From Candidatus Bipolaricaulota bacterium (GTDB taxonomy: Bacteria > Bipolaricaulota > Bipolaricaulia > M55B111), in assembly GCA_018400715.1 (NCBI GenBank), contig JAGYME010000005.1, positions 3,620 through 67,619 on the forward strand: a DNA stretch of 64,000 bases, written 5' to 3'. Positions 47,805 to 56,449 of the stretch are shown in pieces (the first letter of the stretch is position 1; every line of letters begins with the position of its first letter). Position numbers and translations under genes: made by a program. The notes under the pieces were generated by a model. That model searched no databases and was not told where the DNA came from. It saw only the letters and a program-made list of their open reading frames with translations.

Positions 47805-48632
47805 ATGGATACTAACACCTTAAAGAAGAAAGCAAATAAACTTCGAGCGGACGTTTTACAAGCCGTGACGAACGCGAATTCCGGTCACCCTGGTGGCGCG
47901 CTGGGAATGGCCGACGTGTGGTCCGTGCTACACTATAAATACCTCAACGACAGACCCGATCAACCGCGGTGGGAGGACAGGGACAGGTTTATCCTGTCAA
48001 ATGGCCATACTTGTCCATTGCTTTACGCCGTACTCGCGGATAAGGGTTACTTCGACAGGGAAGAGTTAGACCACCTGCGTGAACTGGGGGCGTTACTCCA
48101 GGGCCACCCCTCGACCGCGAAGGGCACACCCGGAGTTGAGTTCTCATCGGGCTCTCTCGGGCACGGCCTTTCTTTTTCAGCCGGCGTTGCCCTGGCGGGG
48201 AAACTTGACGGTCAAAAGTACAAGACGTACTGCTCTGTCTCGGACGCCGAGTGCCAGGAAGGCCAGACGTGGGAAGCCGCGGGAGTGGCCAGCCATAAGA
48301 AACTCGGTAACCTCTGTGCGATAGTCGATTACAACGACAGTCAGATTGACGGGAAGGTCAGCGATATTCAGGACGTCGCACCAATCAGGGACAAGTGGGA
48401 GAGCTTCGGCTGGAGCGTAATTGAGATCGACGGGCACGACTACGACCAGATAGACGGTGCCCTGCGCCAGTTCAACCGAAGCGACGATCCCGACGGAATC
48501 CCGACGGTAATCATCTCACATAACGTCATCGGTAAGGGGGTTTCTTTCATGGAAGACGACTACAAATGGCACCACGGAGCGTTAACTCCCGAGCAGCTAG
48601 AACAGGCGCTTTCCGAGTTAGGAGTTAGTTAA
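47805..48632 (+). CDS. Transketolase N-terminal (TPP-binding) subunit
   Basis: SGHPGG, DRFILSNGH, LQGHP, GSLGHG, SDAECQEG, DGHD, GKGVSFME. Confidence 0.95.
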   Translation: MDTNTLKKKANKLRADVLQAVTNANSGHPGGALGMADVWSVLHYKYLNDRPDQPRWEDRDRFILSNGHTCPLLYAVLADKGYFDREELDHLRELGALLQGHPSTAKGTPGVEFSSGSLGHGLSFSAGVALAGKLDGQKYKTYCSVSDAECQEGQTWEAAGVASHKKLGNLCAIVDYNDSQIDGKVSDIQDVAPIRDKWESFGWSVIEIDGHDYDQIDGALRQFNRSDDPDGIPTVIISHNVIGKGVSFMEDDYKWHHGALTPEQLEQALSELGVS

Positions 48633-48658
48633 CTGCTGAGAGCGCAGGAGAAACTTGC

Positions 48659-48703
48659 AAAAAAAGGGGAGGCAGTCCGTACTGGGTCTGCCTCCCCTTA
48701 ATT
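48659..48703. terminator. Terminator hairpin between convergent genes
   Basis: AAGGGGAGGCAG / CTGCCTCCCCTT stem with A-tract on its left. Confidence 0.75.
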
Positions 48704-48722
48704 CTTACTAAGCTCTTCTGTC

Positions 48723-49988
48723 CTACTTATTTATCCTAAACTTAATCGGCCCCTGTCCGGTTGCATCGTAGGTTAACGTATAGTAATCCGACGAAATCCG
48801 TCCTACAAACGCGATCCGGCCCTGGGCAACGTCGTCCTCGTCGAGGACACCACTTGGGAAGTAGTCATCAAGGGCTGCAGTCTCGAGACTGATCGGCTGC
48901 ACGCGACCCTCACCGTCTTTTAGCGTAAAGTTCAACGTCTTAGAGGGGTATACACCATCAGTTAGGGCTCTAATTGCAATGTCGACGACGACAAAGTCCT
49001 TACCTGCACCGGGATCTCTACCTCCGATCGTTTCGAGGATTTCTACTCCCCGCAACGTCATTCTCACCGTCCCGTTGCTCGCCGAGTCCCCTACGTCATG
49101 AATTTTCGGTTCCACTTCTATGGTAGTGCTAATTCGGTCTGTTCCATCCCTGTCGTCCGTTACCGACAGAGTTACCTGAAAGTCTCCAGAGCTTTCAAAG
49201 GTGTGAGAAACTTCCTCCCCAGTTGCCCCATTTCCATCCCCAAAACTCCACTCGTAACTGACGATCTCCCCGTCCGGATCGGAGGATTCGGACGCGGAAA
49301 AGTCGACCTCAAGGGGTTCGGTACCGGAAGTCGGCGAGGCGTTTATAGATGCGGTTGGTTCCTCGTTTTCGGGCAGAGGTTCTTCGACCGTAATCGTTTC
49401 CGAGGTCGAGTTCTCCAGGCCGTCGTCGTCTACCACTGTTAGTGTGGCCGTGTACTCATCTGCTTCCTCGTAGGTATGTTCAACTAGATCCAGGAGATCC
49501 GTGCCGGAAGCAGGTTCGCTCCCATCTCCAAACTCGAGTTGGTATTCTTCGATAACTCCATCCCTGTCCTCTGAATTTGATATATCAAATGCTACCTGGA
49601 GCGGACTCTCGCCTTCTGAAGGTTCCGGCGCCAGTACCGGTGAAGGTGGTCGATTCTGGACGGATACTGACTTCGACGTCGTCGCCGTTGAGCCATCGTT
49701 ATCAGTCACGGTAAGGGTCACCGTGTACTCTCCATTGCTAGAGAAGGTATGTTCAACTGTTCTTCCGTTCGACGTCGTGCCGTCACCAAAATCCCACTCG
49801 TAACTATCGATTATCCCGTCTTCGTCCCCCGAGGCGCTAGCGTCCAAAACAACCTCTAATGGCGCTTGCCCCGAACTTGGGTCCGCCGAGAAAGAGGCAA
49901 CCGGCTCCTTGTTCGACTTACAACCATTCAACCCAATAGTTAGAAAGGTAAGCAACACAATTAGAACGAAATACTTCCCCGCTTTCAT
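48723..49988 (-). CDS. Lipoprotein with three PKD domains and C-terminal DUF4352-like domain
   Basis: Lipobox LNGC; WDFGDG/EFGDG/WSFGDG and LTVTD repeats. Confidence 0.88.
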   Translation of the reverse strand: MKAGKYFVLIVLLTFLTIGLNGCKSNKEPVASFSADPSSGQAPLEVVLDASASGDEDGIIDSYEWDFGDGTTSNGRTVEHTFSSNGEYTVTLTVTDNDGSTATTSKSVSVQNRPPSPVLAPEPSEGESPLQVAFDISNSEDRDGVIEEYQLEFGDGSEPASGTDLLDLVEHTYEEADEYTATLTVVDDDGLENSTSETITVEEPLPENEEPTASINASPTSGTEPLEVDFSASESSDPDGEIVSYEWSFGDGNGATGEEVSHTFESSGDFQVTLSVTDDRDGTDRISTTIEVEPKIHDVGDSASNGTVRMTLRGVEILETIGGRDPGAGKDFVVVDIAIRALTDGVYPSKTLNFTLKDGEGRVQPISLETAALDDYFPSGVLDEDDVAQGRIAFVGRISSDYYTLTYDATGQGPIKFRINK

Positions 49989-50183
49989 AAGGTACCTCCT
50001 GGATATCTATCTATAGTACATAAATCTCGCAAGCTAATTATCCCACTAACTTAGGTTAACATATAACGGAAAGGATATTCAACTAATGAACTATAAATCG
50101 GCCCATTCTCGACCTGAAAGTCCCGCTCTCGGGCCTTATGCACCCTACCCCCGTATAACTCACCAAATCTCATCTCATGAGGC

Positions 50184-50825
50184 TCACCATCCTTCTTTTC
50201 CCACCAGGGGAACGAAACTACAGTACGCTCCCTCGTTATAGGTAACTTCTTCACCACTCCTTCTCACCTTATAAAGCCTCTGCTGTCGCTTGCTCCCGAC
50301 CGGAATGACGATCAATCCGGGTTCGGCAAGTTGATCGACGAAACCCTCCGGTACCTGGGGCACGCCTCCGGTACCAAGTATCTTCGTATACGGCGAGTAT
50401 CTCTCCCATCCCACCGTTCCATCGTGAACGCTGTAGTGGACGTTATCGATGCCGAGAGACGAGATAGCGGATTTTGCCCCGGCCTGGAGGCCCGCGTTTC
50501 TCTCTACAGTGAAGACTTCGTCCGCGATTCTCGCAAGGATGGCCGTCTGAAATCCGCTGCCCGTACCTATCTCCAGTACCCTATCATCGCCGTTGAGTTC
50601 AAGCATTTCCGACATCAACGCCACGATATAAGGTTGTGATATCGTCTGACCGTCCCCGATAGGAAGAGGGCGGTCCGCATAAGCCTGGTTATCGTACCCT
50701 CGGGGAACGAAGAGGTGCCTTGGGGTATCCCGGAAAGCCTGAATGACCGCCTCATCCACGATCCCTCGGGCCCGTAACTGCTCCCTGATCATCCTGGACT
50801 TAGACGCCGAGAAGTTATTCTCCAT
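50184..50825 (-). CDS. pcm: Protein-L-isoaspartate O-methyltransferase
   Basis: PRHLFVP, GQTISQPY, VLEIGTGSG, FVPLVG; ATG at 50825 overlapping upstream gene end. Confidence 0.94.
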   Translation of the reverse strand: MENNFSASKSRMIREQLRARGIVDEAVIQAFRDTPRHLFVPRGYDNQAYADRPLPIGDGQTISQPYIVALMSEMLELNGDDRVLEIGTGSGFQTAILARIADEVFTVERNAGLQAGAKSAISSLGIDNVHYSVHDGTVGWERYSPYTKILGTGGVPQVPEGFVDQLAEPGLIVIPVGSKRQQRLYKVRRSGEEVTYNEGAYCSFVPLVGKEGW

Positions 50826-51063
50826 CGTCTCCTTGATCTTCTTCGTCATCCGGAAAGTAACTCTGAAGGATTTCCTCAGCTTCCTCTGCATATTCCTCCG
50901 GGACCATGACTCTAATCTCACCCAGGCCGTCCACCGGTATAGGGTATACGGAATGAGTTATGTGAGAGGACAGATAACACCCAATATCAAAGTCACCAAG
51001 TAATTCCTTTATCTGGTGGGCTTTCGGCTCATCCCAGGTCCTATATATCTCGACTAGTTCCAC
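50815..51063 (-). CDS. DUF2007-like small protein
   Basis: 82 aa, A..IK.LL...I...GEIRVMVPEE.AEEA.EIL pattern; co-oriented between rluB-like gene and pcm. Confidence 0.7.
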   Translation of the reverse strand: MELVEIYRTWDEPKAHQIKELLGDFDIGCYLSSHITHSVYPIPVDGLGEIRVMVPEEYAEEAEEILQSYFPDDEEDQGDDGE

Positions 51064-51080
51064 GGTTAACCCCGGTAAAT

Positions 51081-51842
51081 TTAATCCTCATGGCGTTGAC
51101 TCAACGCCTCCTCTTTGAACTCTCGTAGCTCCTGCCAGCCCCGGGGGCCGACTTTCTTTACCTCTCTCGGAGAGAGGTTTCCAATTTCTACCGGCCCGAT
51201 AGAGACCCGCCGCAACCTGATCAAGTTTAGGTTTGCAGCTTCACACAACCTCTTTATTTCGTTCTTCTTGCCCTCCGTCAAGACTAGTTCTAACTGAGTA
51301 TGTTCGCTTCCCCGGTCAACAACGCTTCCTTCCGTTATCTTCAACTCATCTCCCTCGTCGATAACTCCTGACATAAACCGATCAATTACCCCACCCGCCC
51401 GCCCATGGTCCAGGTGCCCGCTTACCCAGATATGATACCTCTTCTCGACTTCGTAACGAGGGTGCGTCAGGGAGTGGACCAACTGGCCGTCGTTGCTCAA
51501 TAATAGAAGCCCCTCGGCATCTTGATCAAGCCTACCCGCCCAGCGGTAGCCAATAAACCCTTCTGAACGCAGGAACCTACCAATTGTCCTCCCGTAGTGA
51601 GGATCGTCACTGCTACAGAGCATGCCTTGTGGTTTGTAAAACCGGTAGGCCTGCAGTTTCGGGGGATAGGTAGGCAACGGATGTCCTCGCAGGTAGAGGG
51701 TATGGATCTCGCTCAGGTCGTATTGAGCGAAAGGGTTTTTCTCTACCTCCCCGTTGACCTCCACCTCACCATCGTCAACCAGGTCTCTAGCTTTCCTGCG
51801 AGACAGTCCTGACTGTTGTTGGACGAGCTTCATCAATTTCAT
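51081..51842 (-). CDS. RsuA/RluB family pseudouridine synthase
   Basis: S4-like SRRKA, YKPQG, GRLDQDAEGLLLL, LTHPRY, EGKKNEIKR. Confidence 0.92.
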   Translation of the reverse strand: MKLMKLVQQQSGLSRRKARDLVDDGEVEVNGEVEKNPFAQYDLSEIHTLYLRGHPLPTYPPKLQAYRFYKPQGMLCSSDDPHYGRTIGRFLRSEGFIGYRWAGRLDQDAEGLLLLSNDGQLVHSLTHPRYEVEKRYHIWVSGHLDHGRAGGVIDRFMSGVIDEGDELKITEGSVVDRGSEHTQLELVLTEGKKNEIKRLCEAANLNLIRLRRVSIGPVEIGNLSPREVKKVGPRGWQELREFKEEALSQRHED

Positions 51843-52033
51843 AATAGGTCGTAAGGCAAAAAAGATTAAGGTGACGGGTACAATACCTGGAACAATGGAA
51901 TCGGGAGGCAGCCCGCCGGCTACCTCCCGAAGCTTACACGCTTGTAGGTTATATGATGGGCGATTCTTATCTGCAAAGTATATTTAGCCAACTACTTAAG
52001 GCTTACTCCGTTAGATTATTCCAAATCCCAACA

Positions 52034-54007
52034 CTATTGTTCCAACGTGTAGATATAACCCATTACCATCAACACTACGCCGATGCCGGCGAGCAGTTGA
52101 GCCTGAGTAATCCCCGGCTCTTCTTTCGGCTCTTCCCGTTCTGGTTCCTTTTCTACCTCCATAGTCCTCATATTCACCGTACTCGCTATTCCCGATTCTC
52201 CCGAGTTGTTAAATGCCGTTACCGCGTAAGAGTAACTCTTACCCGCTTCAAGTCCGGTATCGGTGTAACTGGTCACGTTGGGGCCAACAGTGGCTATCCT
52301 GCTACCGTCACGGTAGATTCGGAAGCCTTCTTCGTTGTCCGAGTTGTCCCCCCAAGAAATAGTGATCTGGGAAGGCGACAGCGCGTTGGCCCTGACGTTT
52401 CCGGGGACCTCCGGGATCGCTACCTTGGTCACGGCACAATTTCTGTTGGAAGTCTCCGACTCTCCACTCTCGTTATACGAGACCACTTCGTAACAGTAAC
52501 GGGTCTCACTATTCAGGTTCTTGTGAGTGTAGGTGGTTACGTTTGGACCAACGGTCGCTACCCTGGTACCATTCCGGTAGATCCGGAATCCGTCTTCGTT
52601 GTCAGAGTTGTCCTGCCATGAGAGAGTTATCTCCGTCGGCGAAGTCGCTTCCGTAGTTAATCCAGACGGCGAAGAGGGTATTTCCATCTTCGTCGCTGAG
52701 GAAAGTCGCGCTGACATGGAAGATTCTCCCGCCGAGTTATAGGCAGCAACCTGGTAGGAGTAGTCCTTTCCGGGGTCCAACCCGGTGTCCGTGTAGCTGG
52801 TTACGTCCGGGTCTACCGTGGCAATTCTTGAGCCGTTCCTGTAGATCCTAAAGCCGTCCTCGTCGTCCGAGTTGTCGGCCCAGGTGATAGTGATCTCTCT
52901 GGGAGAAGCATCTTCGACCCTCAAGCCCGACGGCGAAGAGGGCAGTTCCTGACCAGTAGTAGAAGTAAGCTGCGCCGACATTCCCGATTCTCCCGCCGTG
53001 TTGTAAGCAGCAACCTGGTAAGAGTAGTCCTTTCCGGGGTCCAACCCGGTGTCCGTGTAGCTGGTTACGTCCGGGTCTACCGTGGCAATTCTTGAGCCGT
53101 TCCTGTAGATCCTAAAGCCGTCCTCGTCGTCCGAGTTGTCGGCCCAGGTGATAGTGATCTCTCTGGGAGAAGCATCTTCGACCCTCAAGCCCGACGGCGA
53201 AGAGGGCAGTTCCTGACCAGTAGTAGAAGTAAGCTGCGCCGACATTCCCGATTCTCCCGCCGTGTTGTAAGCAGCAACCTGGTAAGAGTAGTCCTTTCCG
53301 GGGTCCAACCCGGTGTCCGTGTAGCTGGTTACGTCCGGGTCTACCGTGGCAATTCTTGAGCCGTTCCTGTAGATCCTAAAGCCGTCCTCGTCGTCCGAGT
53401 TGTCGGCCCAGGTGATAGTGATCTCTCTGGGAGAAGCATCTTCGACCCTCAAGCCCGACGGCGAAGAGGGGATAGTTACTTCCTCTTCCACTTCCTCCGG
53501 TTCCGATACCTGGAATAAGTCACCTGTGCCACCCCTTCGTTCTATCTTGAAGTAATCTCGGTAGTTCTTACAGCAGTTTAACGTAATCCTTGCGTAGAGT
53601 CTGCCGGCGTCTACCTGTTCTCCGCTGTTGTCCTTTTGGTCCCACGTCCAGGTCCATTCGTCATTCTCTTGGGGGATCGGTCCTACTTCTTCCTCGACGT
53701 AGACCAGATCGAGCCCGTATTCAAACATCGGCTCCAAGTATACTTCCACCTTCTCCACGTAATATTCAAAATCTCGTAGGTAAGACAGGGTAAGGGTCAC
53801 AGTCTCTCCTTTTCTGTAAGTATCCTTATCCGACTGGAGCGAATCGTACCTTTCCGGACAGTAGTTATACTCCTCCTCCGCGGGGCAACCAAACCTGTAC
53901 GTGTACCTGGGGTCCGTGTCCTGGGCTTGGTTAAAGGGAGCCACAAAAAAGACAACCGCGATCAAAACCAATAATACTAACTTTGCAGTGGTCCAGAATC
54001 GCCTCAT
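52034..54007 (-). CDS. Cell-surface protein with five fibronectin type III domains and C-terminal TM anchor
   Basis: Signal peptide from ATG 54007 (SD GGAGGTG); five W.DNSD.E.GFRIYR.G...Y.Y.V.A.N..GES units; hydrophobic C-terminus. Confidence 0.9.
   Translation of the reverse strand: MRRFWTTAKLVLLVLIAVVFFVAPFNQAQDTDPRYTYRFGCPAEEEYNYCPERYDSLQSDKDTYRKGETVTLTLSYLRDFEYYVEKVEVYLEPMFEYGLDLVYVEEEVGPIPQENDEWTWTWDQKDNSGEQVDAGRLYARITLNCCKNYRDYFKIERRGGTGDLFQVSEPEEVEEEVTIPSSPSGLRVEDASPREITITWADNSDDEDGFRIYRNGSRIATVDPDVTSYTDTGLDPGKDYSYQVAAYNTAGESGMSAQLTSTTGQELPSSPSGLRVEDASPREITITWADNSDDEDGFRIYRNGSRIATVDPDVTSYTDTGLDPGKDYSYQVAAYNTAGESGMSAQLTSTTGQELPSSPSGLRVEDASPREITITWADNSDDEDGFRIYRNGSRIATVDPDVTSYTDTGLDPGKDYSYQVAAYNSAGESSMSARLSSATKMEIPSSPSGLTTEATSPTEITLSWQDNSDNEDGFRIYRNGTRVATVGPNVTTYTHKNLNSETRYCYEVVSYNESGESETSNRNCAVTKVAIPEVPGNVRANALSPSQITISWGDNSDNEEGFRIYRDGSRIATVGPNVTSYTDTGLEAGKSYSYAVTAFNNSGESGIASTVNMRTMEVEKEPEREEPKEEPGITQAQLLAGIGVVLMVMGYIYTLEQ
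52722..53470. repeat. Intragenic tandem repeat, 264-bp unit, ~2.8 near-identical copies
   Basis: TTCCCGATTCTCCCGCCGTG at 52981 and 53245 (period 264 = 88 aa FN3 domain). Confidence 0.95.
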
Positions 54008-54253
54008 GCTCTGACACCTCCAAGCGAGCAAACTGTACTCTACGTTATCTATGTAACCTTATCTATGTAACAGTAGAAGATAATGCCATTATATATGAAG
54101 TGTAATCTTGCTCAATATTTTAGCATTTTAGCTTCATAAGTAGGGTACTGTTTTCACGACGGTTGTGTCAAGGACAAGGGTCACAACCCCAAATGTCAAC
54201 TGACTATTCTAGACTTGTTACTTGACCTCAGCGGGTGTCATCAATTACGCCGC

Positions 54254-55462
54254 TTAACCACCGTAAGTAATCGTGACTTCGTCCATAACCTCACCCTTAA
54301 CGACGATTTCCCCGTCGCAGGCCCGGGGTCCATAGCCAGGTTTCAGGTCGGCTACCTTGACCGCCTGTACGGTTGCCACGCCACCAGCTAGGTTTACCCT
54401 AATGTAGTGTAAGGTATGGGTGATCGCGACCTGGGAAAAGTCGAACCTAGACTCCAGGCTCCCCGTCGGCGCGCCACCACCGCCAGCAACTATATAGGTG
54501 ATTCCATCTTTAACCGAGCGCTCGTAGGAATGAATGTGTCCGGAGAATACAATATCAACGCCGCCCTGCTTGAAGAGCTTGTGCCAGCTGTTCGCCAGAC
54601 CGACGTCCATTCCATCAGAGTACTTAGAAGAAAATATCGGATGATGAAATACGACGGCCGTGAACGGTTTTTCGTTCTCCTCTAACCGGTCTTTTAACCA
54701 GTTAGTCTGTTCGATAAAGGCACTTAGCCCCATCTGGGCCGCGTTTGAGTCGAGGAAGATAAACCTGGCGTCGCCGTAGGTAAAAGTGTACCATTGCTCT
54801 CCGTAATCGCCCCCTCCGTCCGGCAGGTCGAAGGCATCGTAATAGCTATCGTCGTTCTTCTCGTGGTTACCCAGAACGGGCAAGAGAGGAGTCGAGCCGC
54901 TGTAAGGTCTAATTGCCCAAAAGAAACGCTCCCAGTTCCCCTCCAGTGGGCTTTCCACAAGATCACCAGCGTGGAGGACAAACGCGGGATCAGCTGGGTC
55001 CAGCGCCATTTCGGATGCAGCTATCCTGTGTCGCTGGTAGCAGTTTTGCGTATCGCTGTAGACGAAAAAACTGAATCTTTCGGGCTCATCGCGTAAACTG
55101 GTGAAATAATTTTCTCGGCCGTCAACCCGGTAAACGTACCTCGTCGCGGGATCCAGGCCGGGAATTTTCCGGTGATAAAAATCGCCGGATTCTCCAGGGC
55201 CCGTTAGGCTTTCGGCAAAACCTCCATCATTCCAGTAGGTAACGGCCTGCCCGTATTCCAGTCCGCCTTCACCTTGAGGGGCCCCCTTCCAGTTCACTAC
55301 GAATTCCGAGCTCGACTTTAACGTGAGATACGGTCCCCAGGCCACTTCACCTTCCGAGGCTTGCGCGGCCACAGGAAAGGAAAAGACAACAACCAGGACA
55401 ACTAGAACGGAAAGGACCGGAAGGGCCCTCTGATAATTCAACTTTTCACCCTCAGGGAGCAT
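54254..55462 (-). CDS. Secreted purple-acid-phosphatase-like metallophosphoesterase
   Basis: YSDTQ, AGDLV, GNHE, FHHP, SGHIHSYER; ATG at 55462 with SD GGAGGTG. Confidence 0.9.
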   Translation of the reverse strand: MLPEGEKLNYQRALPVLSVLVVLVVVFSFPVAAQASEGEVAWGPYLTLKSSSEFVVNWKGAPQGEGGLEYGQAVTYWNDGGFAESLTGPGESGDFYHRKIPGLDPATRYVYRVDGRENYFTSLRDEPERFSFFVYSDTQNCYQRHRIAASEMALDPADPAFVLHAGDLVESPLEGNWERFFWAIRPYSGSTPLLPVLGNHEKNDDSYYDAFDLPDGGGDYGEQWYTFTYGDARFIFLDSNAAQMGLSAFIEQTNWLKDRLEENEKPFTAVVFHHPIFSSKYSDGMDVGLANSWHKLFKQGGVDIVFSGHIHSYERSVKDGITYIVAGGGGAPTGSLESRFDFSQVAITHTLHYIRVNLAGGVATVQAVKVADLKPGYGPRACDGEIVVKGEVMDEVTITYGG

Positions 55463-55546
55463 CAGTAAAACACCTCCATGGTCAGCTTGGCGCACAGCCG
55501 CTATAATTACGGCCAATCAAATAGATCAAAGTATCGGGGTCATATC

Positions 55547-56440
55547 GTGATTAAAAAACTGGTACCGAGGCTGGCATTGATCATAACCACCGTTATTTGG
55601 GGTCTAACCTTCGTCTTCATCAAAAATGCACTGGTCGAGGTTCCCCCATCTACCTTTTTACTTTATAGGTTTGGCTTAGCCTCTCTGGGTTCGATGATAA
55701 TATTTCACCGGAGGATAAGCAAACCAGACAAATCTCTAGCGGTCAAGGGGATATCGGCCGGGGCAGTGCTGTTCCTGGGTTACTGGTTCCAGACCTGGGG
55801 GTTGAAGTTTACTACAGCCACCAAAAGCGGGTTTATAACAGGGATGTTCGTAGTTTTCGTCCCCGTACTGAGCTTCATCTTCCTGAAAAAAGAGGTCGAT
55901 CCCCTCAAGTGGGCGTCCGTATTACTAGCCCTGGCGGGACTGACACTGATGATCGTCGTCGCCGGAGGCGGTATAAATGGGATCAACCTCGGCGACGTCC
56001 TGACGATATTCTGCGCGATATTCTACGCTCTTCACATAATTCTCGTCGGCAAGTTTTCCAAGCCGGACGACTACACGGGGTTCTTCATCGCCCAGATACT
56101 GACGGTGACCTTCTTGAGCGGGATAAACAGCTTGGCTCTGGGTAACTTCGTCCTGCCCCGAACGGCCCCTAGCTGGAGCGCCATCGGGTTTACCGGACTG
56201 CTCGCCACGGCGTTTGCTTACTGGGCACAAAATAGATACCAGCCAATGATCTCTGACACCGGCGCCGCCATCATCTATTCAGCGGAGCCCTTCTTTGCAG
56301 CCTTGTTCGGAACCCTCCTCGCAAACGAGGTCTTAACGGGATGGCAAATCGCTGGAGGCGGTCTAATCCTCCTCGCAATCCTCCTATCCCAGGTCCCCCC
56401 GACCGACCTCCTATCACGATTGACCCCGGAAGAGCGGTAA
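55547..56440 (+). CDS. DMT/EamA family transporter
   Basis: IWGLTF, RFGLA, QTWGL..TTA..SGFITG, GDVLT, EPFFA; start uncertain (GTG 55547 or ATG 55478). Confidence 0.9.
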   Translation: MIKKLVPRLALIITTVIWGLTFVFIKNALVEVPPSTFLLYRFGLASLGSMIIFHRRISKPDKSLAVKGISAGAVLFLGYWFQTWGLKFTTATKSGFITGMFVVFVPVLSFIFLKKEVDPLKWASVLLALAGLTLMIVVAGGGINGINLGDVLTIFCAIFYALHIILVGKFSKPDDYTGFFIAQILTVTFLSGINSLALGNFVLPRTAPSWSAIGFTGLLATAFAYWAQNRYQPMISDTGAAIIYSAEPFFAALFGTLLANEVLTGWQIAGGGLILLAILLSQVPPTDLLSRLTPEER

Positions 56441-56449
56441 TATCACCGC

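Noticed and set aside
51901-51930. 13-bp hairpin TCGGGAGGCAGCC/GGCTACCTCCCGA as an ncRNA
   Set aside because: Most simply a terminator-like stem after the FN3 gene; no riboswitch, SRP or 6S signature recognised.
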